A DNA stretch of 39,621 nt from Methanobacteriota archaeon (GCA_005878915.1 VBML01000030.1:1-39621); one strand, 5' to 3'; shown: positions 17,759 through 27,321, counted from the stretch's first letter. Numbers and translations: made by a program. The notes: generated by a model from the letters alone, not told the origin.

Positions 17759-18304
17759 TTAACCCTTTCTCCCGAACAGCCGGAAGCGGACGACAACCTG
17801 GTTATCCGACTTCTCGACCCGCACGTCGCGCTGCAGTAGGTCCCGGAACGCCGTCCGGATCGTTGTCTCGTAGAACGTCGACCACCGTGGGCCGCCGCCA
17901 TGCTTGAGGATGATCACCCGCCGGTCGTCTTCGACGAGCTCCTCGTACGCGAACGCCCTCCCGTACTTCGACAGCAGCCTCGGGAACCCCTCGAGCAGCG
18001 TCTCCGGGGTGACCTCGGTGAACCAGAACGTGATGTATTCCTTCAGGAGGTTCTTCCCCGCCCACTCCCCAAGGGCCGCCGCCTCCTCGTCCGTGAGACA
18101 GTCCATCAGCTTGACAAGGATCACGGCGGGGAGGGTGATGAACCCAAACTTCTCGCCGTAGGCATCCCACTCGACGAACTTCCGGAGGGCGCGGTTGACA
18201 AGCGTGTTCACGCTCGTGTCCCCTTGGTCCGCGAGTAGGCGCAGTCGTTCGTCGGCGTCCTTCTCGATTCGGACGGACCGGGTCACACTCCCTCTGCCGG
18301 GCAT
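17759..18304 (-). CDS. Ribbon-helix-helix-containing protein, paralog 1
   Basis: 181 aa from ATG 18304 (SVTRSVRIEKDADERL...SVNTLVNRALRK). Alignment with paralog 2 fixes the start; the ORF-track extension to 18904 overlaps the GT2 gene. Confidence 0.8.
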   Translation of the reverse strand: MPGRGSVTRSVRIEKDADERLRLLADQGDTSVNTLVNRALRKFVEWDAYGEKFGFITLPAVILVKLMDCLTDEEAAALGEWAGKNLLKEYITFWFTEVTPETLLEGFPRLLSKYGRAFAYEELVEDDRRVIILKHGGGPRWSTFYETTIRTAFRDLLQRDVRVEKSDNQVVVRFRLFGRKG

Positions 18305-18342
18305 CTTGCTGTCCCCTAGCTCCTGTAGGTCAAGTCCTTTTG

Positions 18343-18359
18343 TGTTCTTAGATGTTCTT
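18343..18359. promoter_or_regulatory. Direct repeat TGTTCTT x2, candidate operator
   Basis: TGTTCTT at 18343-18349 and 18353-18359 (10-bp period), about 40 nt upstream of the RHH gene start. Confidence 0.4.
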
Positions 18360-18590
18360 TTGCAACCGATGTGACGCGTTGGGAGACAGACGCTCGGGTC
18401 CCTTTCTTGATGAAACATACCCCTCTTGAGTCTCCCGGCCCAGACAATCCCCTGTATGGAACCGTGGTACCCGGAAGAGACGGGCACGCCCGGCCTCGGA
18501 GGGCTCCCGCCGACTGATCGATCGCCAGCGCAACATCCGCCGGCGGGACCGGGGGCGGGGAAGGCCGGGCGAGCTAGTCCCAGGCGGGAC

Positions 18591-19436
18591 ATGAGCTTCG
18601 AGAATTCCCCTCCGTCGGATAACGACTTCGAACCGCATTTTCGCTCAGGCCCTCGCTGCGAATCGAAGGGCAGCATCGAGGTCGTGCTCCCCGCCCTCAA
18701 TGAAGAGAAGGGCGTGGGAAACGTGATAGACCGGATCCCGCAGGACAAACTGGTCCAATCCGGATTCCAAGTCCGTGTCTGGGTGGTCGATGGGAAGTCC
18801 AAGGATGCGACCCTTGAGGTCGCTCGGAACCGGGGGGCGAACACGTTCGTGCAGACGGGCGACGGCAAGGGGAACGGTGTTCGCCAGCTCCTGGACCATA
18901 TCATCGCCGATGGCCGGGGTCCGGACCAAGGATCCCGGGTTTTCGTGATGCTCGACGCCGACGGCAGCTATCCCCCGGAAGCGATTCCAAAATTCGTCGA
19001 GGCCCTCAAGGCTGGCTCGGACGTGGTCGTAGGATCCCGTTTCCTCGGGGAGGTCCAGGAGGGGGCAATCACTCCCCTCAACCGCCTCGGGAACCGAATC
19101 CTGAGCCGCCTCGCAGGCTTCCTGTTCGGCACCCCTGTTAGCGATGTCTGCACGGGGATGTGGGCATTCCGGGAGGACTCCCTCCGCCGCCTGGGTTTGG
19201 CCGCGGACGGCTTTGACCTCGAGGCGGACCTGTTCGCATCCTCCTGCGAGAGCGGCGCGCGTCTGCGGGAGCTGCCGATCGACTACCGTCGCCGCATCGG
19301 GGACCCGAAGCTTGTCCCGCTCCGCACCGGTCTCCTCATCGCGTGGCGGCTCCTCCTCAAGCGGTTGAACCGTCGCGAAGGTGTCGTCCCACGGATCGAC
19401 CGACGGAAGGCGTCCTTGGTGGAGGACGCGACGTGA
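18591..19436 (+). CDS. Glycosyltransferase family 2 (Dol-P-mannose synthase/AglJ-like)
   Basis: Motifs VLPALNEE, VVDGKSKDAT, GKG, MLDADGSYP, VGSRF, DVCTG and ELPIDYRRR.G..KL. ATG 18591 preferred. Confidence 0.9.
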   Translation: MSFENSPPSDNDFEPHFRSGPRCESKGSIEVVLPALNEEKGVGNVIDRIPQDKLVQSGFQVRVWVVDGKSKDATLEVARNRGANTFVQTGDGKGNGVRQLLDHIIADGRGPDQGSRVFVMLDADGSYPPEAIPKFVEALKAGSDVVVGSRFLGEVQEGAITPLNRLGNRILSRLAGFLFGTPVSDVCTGMWAFREDSLRRLGLAADGFDLEADLFASSCESGARLRELPIDYRRRIGDPKLVPLRTGLLIAWRLLLKRLNRREGVVPRIDRRKASLVEDAT

Positions 19437-20620
19437 AGGTGTGCATCCTGACACCGGAATTCCTTCCCGCCTGGGGCGGGATCGGTACGTACACGTACAA
19501 CCTCGCTCGCGGGCTCAGGGATCGCGCGGAGGTCCATGTCCTGACCGGTGCCGCGAACCCGGAGTACGCCGAGCTTGACGGGGTCCGCGTCCACCACGCC
19601 CTCCCGGGGGACGGACTGCGGGCGCCAACGTCCCCATTCCGATTTCAGGCCGCAGTCTTCCGCCGCCTTCCGCGTCTCGCGAAGACCTACGGATTCGACA
19701 TCGTCCACGCGAACCACGCGTACATGTCGGACCTGCTGTCCCGGCTCCGAGGGAATCGGACCCCAACGGTTGTCACCGTCCACACGACCCTCGACACGCA
19801 GGTCGGGGGGACCCTGCTCGCGGGCCCTTCTGTACCGCGCCAGGGTCTCGAGGGGAGCCTCGCCCGGTGGCGGTTCGCTCTCCAGGCCGTCGAGCGAAGG
19901 TACCTCCGGGGGACGCAGGCGATGATCTTCGTGTCCCGTTGGGTAAGGGACCGCACCATTCGTCGCTACCGCGTCACCCCGCGACTGAACACGGTCGTAC
20001 CCAACGCCGTCGACACGGAACGCCTCGCCCCTGCGGGCCCGAGTGGCGGGCTCGACTCCCGGGCTCTGGGGGACCGGCCGACCGTCGTCTTCGCCGGGAG
20101 GCTCCTCGCCCTGAAGGGCATCGATACGCTCTTCCGCGCGATGGCCCGAATCGACTCCCGGGTCGTTCTCGCCCTCGCAGGCCCCGGGGACCAAGCGCCG
20201 TGGAAGGCATTGGCGAGGGGCCTGGGACTCGAGGAACACCGCTACAAGTTCCTCGGGCGGGTCCCGTACGCCGAGATGCCTGACCTCTATCGCAGTGCGG
20301 ATGCGGTCGTCTTGCCGAGCTTCACGGAGAGCTGTCCCCTCGTCGCGCTCGAAGCGATGGCATGCGGAACCCCGATCATCGCGGCAGACTCAGGCGGGGT
20401 CCCAGAGGTCGTGCGGGACGGGGAGACCGGCTGGCTGTTCCCCCCGGGCGACGCGAACGCGCTCGCGTCTCGAATCGAAGCTGTCCTGTCGGACCCATCG
20501 GGAGCGGAGCGCGTGACGGCACAGGCCCGCGCATGGGTGGAAGCGAACGCCAGAATCGATCGGATGGCCGACTCGACGTTCCGGTTCTATGAGCGGGTCC
20601 TGGAGGGGGAAGCCTCGTGA
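19433..20620 (+). CDS. Glycosyltransferase family 4
   Basis: Motifs PEFLPAWGGIG, VPNAVD, FAGRL...KG and PSFTESCPLVALEAMACG (EX7E). GTGA overlap with GT2. Confidence 0.92.
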   Translation: MKVCILTPEFLPAWGGIGTYTYNLARGLRDRAEVHVLTGAANPEYAELDGVRVHHALPGDGLRAPTSPFRFQAAVFRRLPRLAKTYGFDIVHANHAYMSDLLSRLRGNRTPTVVTVHTTLDTQVGGTLLAGPSVPRQGLEGSLARWRFALQAVERRYLRGTQAMIFVSRWVRDRTIRRYRVTPRLNTVVPNAVDTERLAPAGPSGGLDSRALGDRPTVVFAGRLLALKGIDTLFRAMARIDSRVVLALAGPGDQAPWKALARGLGLEEHRYKFLGRVPYAEMPDLYRSADAVVLPSFTESCPLVALEAMACGTPIIAADSGGVPEVVRDGETGWLFPPGDANALASRIEAVLSDPSGAERVTAQARAWVEANARIDRMADSTFRFYERVLEGEAS

Positions 20621-21939
20621 ACATAGCCATCGTGAACCCTCCTCGGTTCGACGGGGTTTCCGTCGTGAGGGAGGAGCGATGTGAGGTAACGGAACGATAC
20701 TCCGTCCTCGAGCCGTATAGCCTCCTCCAGCTCGCCGCCCTCCTTCAGGCGGGCGGCCACCGCGTGCGTCTCCTCGATGCCAACGGCGCGAACGCGTCGT
20801 ACGGGCATGTCGAGTCGTGGCTGCGCCGCACTGCTTACGACGCGCTGATCTTCCGGTTCACCCCAACCACGTTCGACCACGATCTTCGCCTCGCCACGCT
20901 TTCCAAGAAGCTCCGGCCGGACGCCCGTACAATCGGAATCTGCTGGACCCTCCGCACGATGCCCGCGGACGTGCTCCGGGAAGCGCCCGACCTCGACATC
21001 TATCTCCGCCACGAATACGAGAACGTTGGAACCCGCCTCCTCAACGCTCTCGAGAACGGCGCCCCGCTCGATGGCGTGCCCGGGATCGCCTTCCGCGAGA
21101 ACGGCGGATTCCACGTCACGAACGACGCGCGCGCGATCGCGGATTATGACGCAATGCCCATCCCGGCATACGAGCTGCTCCCCTCCCTCGATCCGTATTT
21201 CATTTCCGCCCACGCCTGTCAGCCGTTCACGATCATGTACGCCAGCAAGGGATGCCCGTTCGCGTGCTCCTTCTGCACCGTAGCTCGCACGACCTGGAAG
21301 TTTCGGTCTGCGGCGCACGTGCTTGAGGGACTCGACGTCCGCTGGTACTGCAACACGCGCGTCCACCTCGTGGACCCCGACCTGCTCCGGGAAATGCGGT
21401 CCGCCGGATGCAGCGGCATCTCGTACGGGGTCGAGTCCGGAAACCAGGGAATTCTCGACACCGTCAGCAAACAAGCGACGGTCGCACAGGCGGAGCACGC
21501 GCTCCGATGGGCGAAGGAGGCGGGGATCAAGACGTACGCCGCATTCATTCTCGGGTTGCCCGGGGAGACATGGGAGAGCGCGATGGACACTATCGAGTTC
21601 GCGATGCGGACGTTGCCGAACGGCGCGCAGTTCAACGTCCTGGCCCCCTATCCGGGCACGGAGCTGTACGAAAACCTCCGTCAACGGGGGGTCCTGCCCG
21701 AGGTGGACTGGAGGGCGCTCTACCAGGACAGCGCCGTCGTCGGAACCGACGGCCTCTCCAGGGCAGAGCTCAATCGGCTCCGTCGACTCGCTTACACGAA
21801 GCTCTACTTCAACCCGCGTTGGTGGTGGCAGAACCTCCGCTTCGCCCTGTCGAGCCGCGACGACTTCCAGCTAGCATCGCGGTATGGCCTTCGGATCCTG
21901 TCGAACTATTTCGTCCACGGAATGCGCGGCAGTCACTAG
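20617..21939 (+). CDS. B12-binding domain radical SAM protein (internal segment appears missing)
   Basis: N-terminal IVNPP...REERC, VPGIAFR, SKGCPFACSFC (CxxxCxxC), YGVESG, FILGLPGET and PYPGTELY. Confidence 0.9.
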   Translation: MNIAIVNPPRFDGVSVVREERCEVTERYSVLEPYSLLQLAALLQAGGHRVRLLDANGANASYGHVESWLRRTAYDALIFRFTPTTFDHDLRLATLSKKLRPDARTIGICWTLRTMPADVLREAPDLDIYLRHEYENVGTRLLNALENGAPLDGVPGIAFRENGGFHVTNDARAIADYDAMPIPAYELLPSLDPYFISAHACQPFTIMYASKGCPFACSFCTVARTTWKFRSAAHVLEGLDVRWYCNTRVHLVDPDLLREMRSAGCSGISYGVESGNQGILDTVSKQATVAQAEHALRWAKEAGIKTYAAFILGLPGETWESAMDTIEFAMRTLPNGAQFNVLAPYPGTELYENLRQRGVLPEVDWRALYQDSAVVGTDGLSRAELNRLRRLAYTKLYFNPRWWWQNLRFALSSRDDFQLASRYGLRILSNYFVHGMRGSH

Positions 21940-21946
21940 GGGGACC

Positions 21947-23230
21947 ATGGAGACCCTACGGTTCCTCCTCGCGACGACCTTCTACCCGCCGTACCACCTC
22001 GGCGGGGATGCCGTCCACGTGCAGTACCTCGCAGAGGCGCTTGCCGCGCGCGGCCACGAGGTCCACGTCGAGTTCTCTCCCGCTGCGTACCGACTCAAGC
22101 GCAGGGGGACGCCGCCCCGGGGGGCGACGAATCACGATGTTCGAATCCATCCAATCCCCAGCCCGTTCGGCAGGGCCCAGCCCATCGCGGCATACGCGTT
22201 CGGGCGGTCCGCGGGGGTCTCGCGATCCCACGAAGCGCTCGTGCGCGAGATCCGACCCGACGTGGTCCACGTCCACAACATCTCTTTGTTGGGGCTCGGC
22301 GTCTTGAAACGCCCCCCGGACGCTCTGATGGTGTACACTGCCCACGACTACTGGGCACGGTGCCCTCGGAGCGACCTCCTCAAGTACGGGAAGCGGCCGT
22401 GCGAGACACCATCGTGCGTCGCGTGCTGCCTCGTCTCCCGCCGACCGCCACAGCTGTGGCGTTTCGGGAAGCGATGGCGGGGCCTCCCCGGGCTCGATCT
22501 CGCGATTGCTCCCAGCCGTTTCATGGCGGGAGCGATCGGACCCTCCCTCCGGTGCCCCGTCGTGCACATCCCGAACTTCGCCCCGGACCCGAATCCGGAA
22601 GGGACTCTCTCCGAGCCCGAGGACTACTTCCTGTTTGTCGGCGTGATGGAACCGCACAAAGGCCTGCCCATCATCGCTGACGCCGCTACACGCCCCGGAC
22701 CCCTGAAGTCGAAGATCGTCGGACAGGGTTCACTGGAACGTTCCCTCAAACTTCTCCAGAGCCAAGGCGTCGCTCGCTTGGACATGGAGGGGTGGGTCTC
22801 CCGCGAACGACTCTCCCAGCTGTACCGCCGTGCAAGGGCCCTCCTGATTCCGTCGATCTGGCCGGAGAACGCGCCCCTCGTCGCTGTCGAGGCGCTCGCG
22901 TGGGGCGCGCCTCTCCTGACTTCCCGGTGGGGGGGACTCGAGGAGCTACTGTACGGAGGGGCGACGGGGCGGGCCTTCGAGCCAACCGGTGACGGCCTCG
23001 TGACGGCCGTGGAGGCATTCCTCGCAGACGACCTCCCCCACAAGCTCCGATCTGCCTGCCGCGGCGCGTTCGTTGCGAACCATCGCCCGGAGACGTACGT
23101 GGACCGCTACATGGAGATCGTGCGGAAGCAGCGGGTCGCCGCACCGACGCCACACCCAGAGTACAGCCCTTTTGCAGGGCAAGATACTCGTGTCCCTGTC
23201 GTGACGAGTTCCTCCGGAGTGTCACCATGA
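21947..23230 (+). CDS. Glycosyltransferase family 4
   Basis: Motifs YPPYHLGGD, PDVVHVHN, TAHDYW..CP, Cys cluster CxxxxCxxC and PSIWPENAPLVAVEA. ATG 21947. Confidence 0.9.
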   Translation: METLRFLLATTFYPPYHLGGDAVHVQYLAEALAARGHEVHVEFSPAAYRLKRRGTPPRGATNHDVRIHPIPSPFGRAQPIAAYAFGRSAGVSRSHEALVREIRPDVVHVHNISLLGLGVLKRPPDALMVYTAHDYWARCPRSDLLKYGKRPCETPSCVACCLVSRRPPQLWRFGKRWRGLPGLDLAIAPSRFMAGAIGPSLRCPVVHIPNFAPDPNPEGTLSEPEDYFLFVGVMEPHKGLPIIADAATRPGPLKSKIVGQGSLERSLKLLQSQGVARLDMEGWVSRERLSQLYRRARALLIPSIWPENAPLVAVEALAWGAPLLTSRWGGLEELLYGGATGRAFEPTGDGLVTAVEAFLADDLPHKLRSACRGAFVANHRPETYVDRYMEIVRKQRVAAPTPHPEYSPFAGQDTRVPVVTSSSGVSP

Positions 23231-24432
23231 ATATCGCCCTCGTGGACCCGATCGCTGCAACGGCCAACGTCACCGGACGAGCGATCCTCCACCCGGAGGT
23301 GCCGACGGTGAGCCGAGATTCTCGGACGTTGCAGGAAACGAAGCTTGTCGAACTCGCGACCCAGCTCGCCCTTCGCGGGCATCACCCCACGGTCCTTTTC
23401 GGGGATGTCTTCCTCGACGGCCAGGAGTGGACGACGCCCGAGGGCGTCCGGATCGCCCCGCTGAATACGGTGATGAGGGTCCCGTTCCACCCGGGCCTCC
23501 TCCCCGCGATTCCCTCCCTGCTCGGCCACACGGCGCTCCGCGAGGCGGATGTCATTCAGGTGGCTGAATATCACCAGCTGTCCACCTTCTTCTCGTGCAT
23601 CGCAGCGCATGACGTCGCCGCTCCCTTCGTCGTCTGGCAGGAAACGTACCAACACATGCGATTTCCGGGCTCGTTGTACCAGCAGATGTACGAATCCACC
23701 ATCGGATCGTATGTGCGCGCGCACACACGTCGATTCATCCCTCGAACCACGAAAGCGCACACGTACCTGCGCCACTTGCAGGTGCCTGAAGGTCGCATCG
23801 GGCCGTGGATTCCCACGGGAATCGACGTCGACGCATTCCTTCCGCGGAAGACACCGCTGTCGACGGCCGATTTCGGTTGGCCTGCGGACGCTCCCCTCCT
23901 CCTCGTCGTTGGACGGCTCCATCCCACGAAGGGGATTGATCTCGCCCTGCAGGCTCTGAGGTGGGTCCTACGTAGGCATCCAGACACGAAGCTCGTCATC
24001 CGGGGGTCGGGACCCGAGGGTCCTCACCTCGTGAGCCTGGCGAAAGCCCTCGGAGTCGAAAACTCCGTTCGGTTCCTCGAGCGCATGCCTCGGGACGCAA
24101 TGGTGGATCTGTACAACCTTGCGGACATCGTCCTGTGCCCCAGCCGCGTCGACTTGATGCCCTTCTCGCTCATCGAGGCGGGGGCGTGCGGCCGGCCTTC
24201 CGTCGCGACAGACGTTGGCGCGATTCGAGACATCGTCGTGGACGATCGCACCGGAATCATCATCAAGGAGCGAAGCGCGAGGGCCCTGGGAACTGCGATC
24301 TGTGGCCTCTTGGACGACCCTGAGAAGCGCGTCGCCCTAGGATCCGAGGCCCGCAAGCGGGCCGAACAGCGCTTCGCCATCACGCTCATCGCAGAGGAGT
24401 TCATTGATGTCTATCGAGACGCGGCCTCGTAG
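23227..24432 (+). CDS. Glycosyltransferase family 4
   Basis: Motifs IPTGID, VGRLHPTKG, PSRVDLMPFSLIEAGACG and TDVG. ATGA overlap. Confidence 0.9.
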   Translation: MNIALVDPIAATANVTGRAILHPEVPTVSRDSRTLQETKLVELATQLALRGHHPTVLFGDVFLDGQEWTTPEGVRIAPLNTVMRVPFHPGLLPAIPSLLGHTALREADVIQVAEYHQLSTFFSCIAAHDVAAPFVVWQETYQHMRFPGSLYQQMYESTIGSYVRAHTRRFIPRTTKAHTYLRHLQVPEGRIGPWIPTGIDVDAFLPRKTPLSTADFGWPADAPLLLVVGRLHPTKGIDLALQALRWVLRRHPDTKLVIRGSGPEGPHLVSLAKALGVENSVRFLERMPRDAMVDLYNLADIVLCPSRVDLMPFSLIEAGACGRPSVATDVGAIRDIVVDDRTGIIIKERSARALGTAICGLLDDPEKRVALGSEARKRAEQRFAITLIAEEFIDVYRDAAS

Positions 24433-26146
24433 CTTATCCGTTGGCGCAGGTGAAACGGGGGACGGGTCCCGTTCCCCACCCGCCAGCAAGAGGCCACGGG
24501 GCCTCCTGATCGCGGGGTATTCGGTAGCGGGCCTGCTCCACCTCGCCGTCGCAAGCCTCACCACCCGCGTCACGGAGATCCCTCTCTCTGCGCAGTTCGG
24601 GCTTCTGCAGCTCCTGCCGCCGGCGTACTGGATCGGGATGGGGCTCCTCGGGCTGGCCACCGTGCTCGCCCTTCGGGAGCGATCCGACGCTCTGACCCTT
24701 GTCACCGGTGCGCTCCTCCTCGCGGCTATCGCAGGCACGCCCTCCCTGTTCGAGCCGAACCCGAGGTACTGGGACTCCTACCTTCATCTCAGCCTAGGCC
24801 AGGCAATCCAAGGGTCCGGCCATCTCCCCGCGGGGAACCTTGGCCAATACTCAGCGAATTGGCCGGGCACCTTCCTCCTTGACGCCTTCGTGTTGCTCGC
24901 GAGCGGGATGCCTGCTATTCTCCTGCTGACCGTGTATCCGTTTCTCACGGGCGCCATCACCTTCCTCGCCCTATTCGTGTTCATCCGGTCAACGTTCCCC
25001 CGCCCCGTCGCGGGACCCGCGACCGTCCTCACGTCGCTGTTTGCTGTGTGGGCCCAGTACCACCTATCCCCGCAGTCCCTCGGTTTTATCGTCATGCTCC
25101 TCATCCTCTCAATCATTTGGCGCGGCGCGACCCGGTGGCGCGCCGTGTGCGCGGTCCTCTTCGTGGGACTCGTCGTGTCCCACCCGACGTCGACCCTCGT
25201 CCTCCTGAGCATCCTTGCCGTCCTGTCAATCTCGTCGCTGTTCCCCCTTCGAAAATCTCCGGAGGCGAAACAAGACGCCCGATTCGCCCGACGGGTGACG
25301 GTGGCCTACGCGACGACCTGGTTCGCATGGCTCTTCTTCCACGCGACGGCGTCATCGGAGGCGGCGAGGACCGCCATCCTGAATCGCATCGGGGGTCTGA
25401 TCAGCCTCCCCGAGGCCACGTTGAACCTCGCAACGGCGCGTGCCGTTGAGAACCTGCTTCCGCTGGCGCCTCTTCTTCGGTTAGGGAGCCTCGCCATTTA
25501 TGGCCTCCTCGCGATTCCTTCGCTGATTATTCTCGCGCGGCGGGAGGCCTCCCGCCCGCTCGCACGCTTCCTTCTCGCGGGGCTGATCGGTCCCGGCATC
25601 ATCGGAGGAGCGGACATCCTGGGATTCGGAGGCCAGTTCTATGACCGTCCTCTGCTGTTCTTCTCGACCCTCGCTCCTGCGATGTGTCTGACCGCGCTCC
25701 AGGGAATCCGGATCCGACTCCCCAAGATTGCGTACCCCGCGGTGGCTGCAGTGCTGATCGCGGCGACCCTTGTCGCCGCCTCGACGGTGTACTACCAGGA
25801 AGCGTTCAACCACGTATCGAATGAATCCGTCGCAATCTCGCAATTCCTCGACCGGACCCCTCCGCAAGCAATCGTCCTCGATGGGACCTTCCCCGTACCG
25901 GTCTGGATCGATCCGACGGTGCGAACGCCGCACGTCCTGGTCGGGTACGCACAGACGTATCGAACCCCGTTGCAAAACATGAGCGCACGCAATGTCTATG
26001 CCGTCTTTGACCCCACGAGCGAACTTTGGTACCGCCAATGGAAGGGGATCAACATCTACGCGTTCTATGACTCCGAGCAACCGTCCCTTTCCGTCATCTA
26101 TTCGAACGGCAGAGGAGTCGTCTGCCTCGCGGGGGCGATGAGATGA
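24407..26146 (+). CDS. Multi-pass membrane protein, putative GT-C glycosyltransferase or Wzy-like polymerase
   Basis: About 12-13 hydrophobic segments, loop motif YWDSYLH, Y..WPG, SPQS, SHPTS, YDR and a small soluble C-terminal domain. Embedded in the GT operon; function inferred. Confidence 0.65.
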   Translation: MSIETRPRSLSVGAGETGDGSRSPPASKRPRGLLIAGYSVAGLLHLAVASLTTRVTEIPLSAQFGLLQLLPPAYWIGMGLLGLATVLALRERSDALTLVTGALLLAAIAGTPSLFEPNPRYWDSYLHLSLGQAIQGSGHLPAGNLGQYSANWPGTFLLDAFVLLASGMPAILLLTVYPFLTGAITFLALFVFIRSTFPRPVAGPATVLTSLFAVWAQYHLSPQSLGFIVMLLILSIIWRGATRWRAVCAVLFVGLVVSHPTSTLVLLSILAVLSISSLFPLRKSPEAKQDARFARRVTVAYATTWFAWLFFHATASSEAARTAILNRIGGLISLPEATLNLATARAVENLLPLAPLLRLGSLAIYGLLAIPSLIILARREASRPLARFLLAGLIGPGIIGGADILGFGGQFYDRPLLFFSTLAPAMCLTALQGIRIRLPKIAYPAVAAVLIAATLVAASTVYYQEAFNHVSNESVAISQFLDRTPPQAIVLDGTFPVPVWIDPTVRTPHVLVGYAQTYRTPLQNMSARNVYAVFDPTSELWYRQWKGINIYAFYDSEQPSLSVIYSNGRGVVCLAGAMR

Positions 26147-27315
26147 GTGCCGCGATCGCAGATGTACAGGGCCAAGGGCCTCCGGGCCTCCACACAGGCA
26201 CACACGACCCGCTCCGGATCCTCGTCATTCCCAAGGCGGAGTCGTCTGGGACGTCCGAGCGGAGCCCCTCCCTGTACCGGCTCATGAGGTCGCGCCACAG
26301 GGTGGCCGCGCTAGAGGCTCCATGGGATGGAATTCTGTACAACCCCTCCAGGGCCCGCTGGCCGAGACTCTTCTTGTACATCGTCGACAAAATTCTCCTC
26401 GGGCTCCGGGGCCTGGTATACGCACGTCGCTTCCGGGCGCAGGTCGTGTTTTGCGAGACCGCGCACCATGCAATCGCCGGCCTGGCGATCGCGAAAATCC
26501 TCGGAATCCGGTGCGTCTGGGATAGTCACGGGAACGGAAAGCTGTTCTACGAAAGCCTGGGAAAGAGCCGATTGGCGGTCCGTCTGATCGGAGCCTTTGA
26601 AAAATTCTTAGGAAACCGCGTTGATGCGTTGATGACTGTCTCCGGAGTTGATGCCGCCGCATACGTTTCGATGGGATTGGACCCCTCGAAGATCCATGTC
26701 GTTCCAGTCTTCGTCAACTTGCATGAAATCGATTCGACCTTGCAATCCTCATCGAGTCCTCCGACCGCGCCAACAAGTGGCCGACCCGCTCTGATCTTCA
26801 TGGGAAGTTTCGGGTACTCGCCGAACCGGGAGGCGCTCGAGTGGGCGAACGACGTCCTGGCTCCCTATCTCGAACGCCGGGGAACTCCATGCGAGATTTG
26901 GATTGCGGGCCGAGAGATCCCCAAAGTCCCGTTCCATCCATACATCCGGCCTCTGGGGTTCGTACCGAACATCTACGCGTGCATCCGCTCCGCGAGCCTG
27001 TGCATTGTCCCCGTTCGGCGGGGCGTTGGCATGCTGACGAAGGTCATCGACAGCATGGCGGTCGGGACGCCTGTCGTTCTCTTCGATTTCGCCGCGAAGG
27101 GAATCCCGGAACTCCGCGCCGGGTTCAACGCGTACGTGGCCACGACTGATTCCGAATTTCTCCGCGATGTTGAAGAGGCCCTTTCCGACCCGGAGGGGCG
27201 TCGGGCGATGTCGGTCCGCGCGCGCCGCCTCGTCGAACAGAAATTCGATCGCGAAGCCTACGCAGGTCAGCTCGATGCAATCATTCGGGGCCCCACGGGA
27301 GTCCCAGGAGGGTAG
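26143..27315 (+). CDS. Glycosyltransferase family 4
   Basis: Motifs WDSHG, FMGSFGYSPNREAL and PVRRGVGMLTKVIDSMAVGTP. ATGA overlap. Confidence 0.88.
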   Translation: MSAAIADVQGQGPPGLHTGTHDPLRILVIPKAESSGTSERSPSLYRLMRSRHRVAALEAPWDGILYNPSRARWPRLFLYIVDKILLGLRGLVYARRFRAQVVFCETAHHAIAGLAIAKILGIRCVWDSHGNGKLFYESLGKSRLAVRLIGAFEKFLGNRVDALMTVSGVDAAAYVSMGLDPSKIHVVPVFVNLHEIDSTLQSSSSPPTAPTSGRPALIFMGSFGYSPNREALEWANDVLAPYLERRGTPCEIWIAGREIPKVPFHPYIRPLGFVPNIYACIRSASLCIVPVRRGVGMLTKVIDSMAVGTPVVLFDFAAKGIPELRAGFNAYVATTDSEFLRDVEEALSDPEGRRAMSVRARRLVEQKFDREAYAGQLDAIIRGPTGVPGG

Positions 27316-27321
27316 TCGCAC

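Noticed and set aside
18545-18569. G-quadruplex pattern GGGACCGGGGGCGGGGAAGGCCGGG upstream of GT2 (also G-runs opposite the poly-Pro linkers)
   Set aside because: Expected by chance at this GC content or explained by Pro codons; no independent support.
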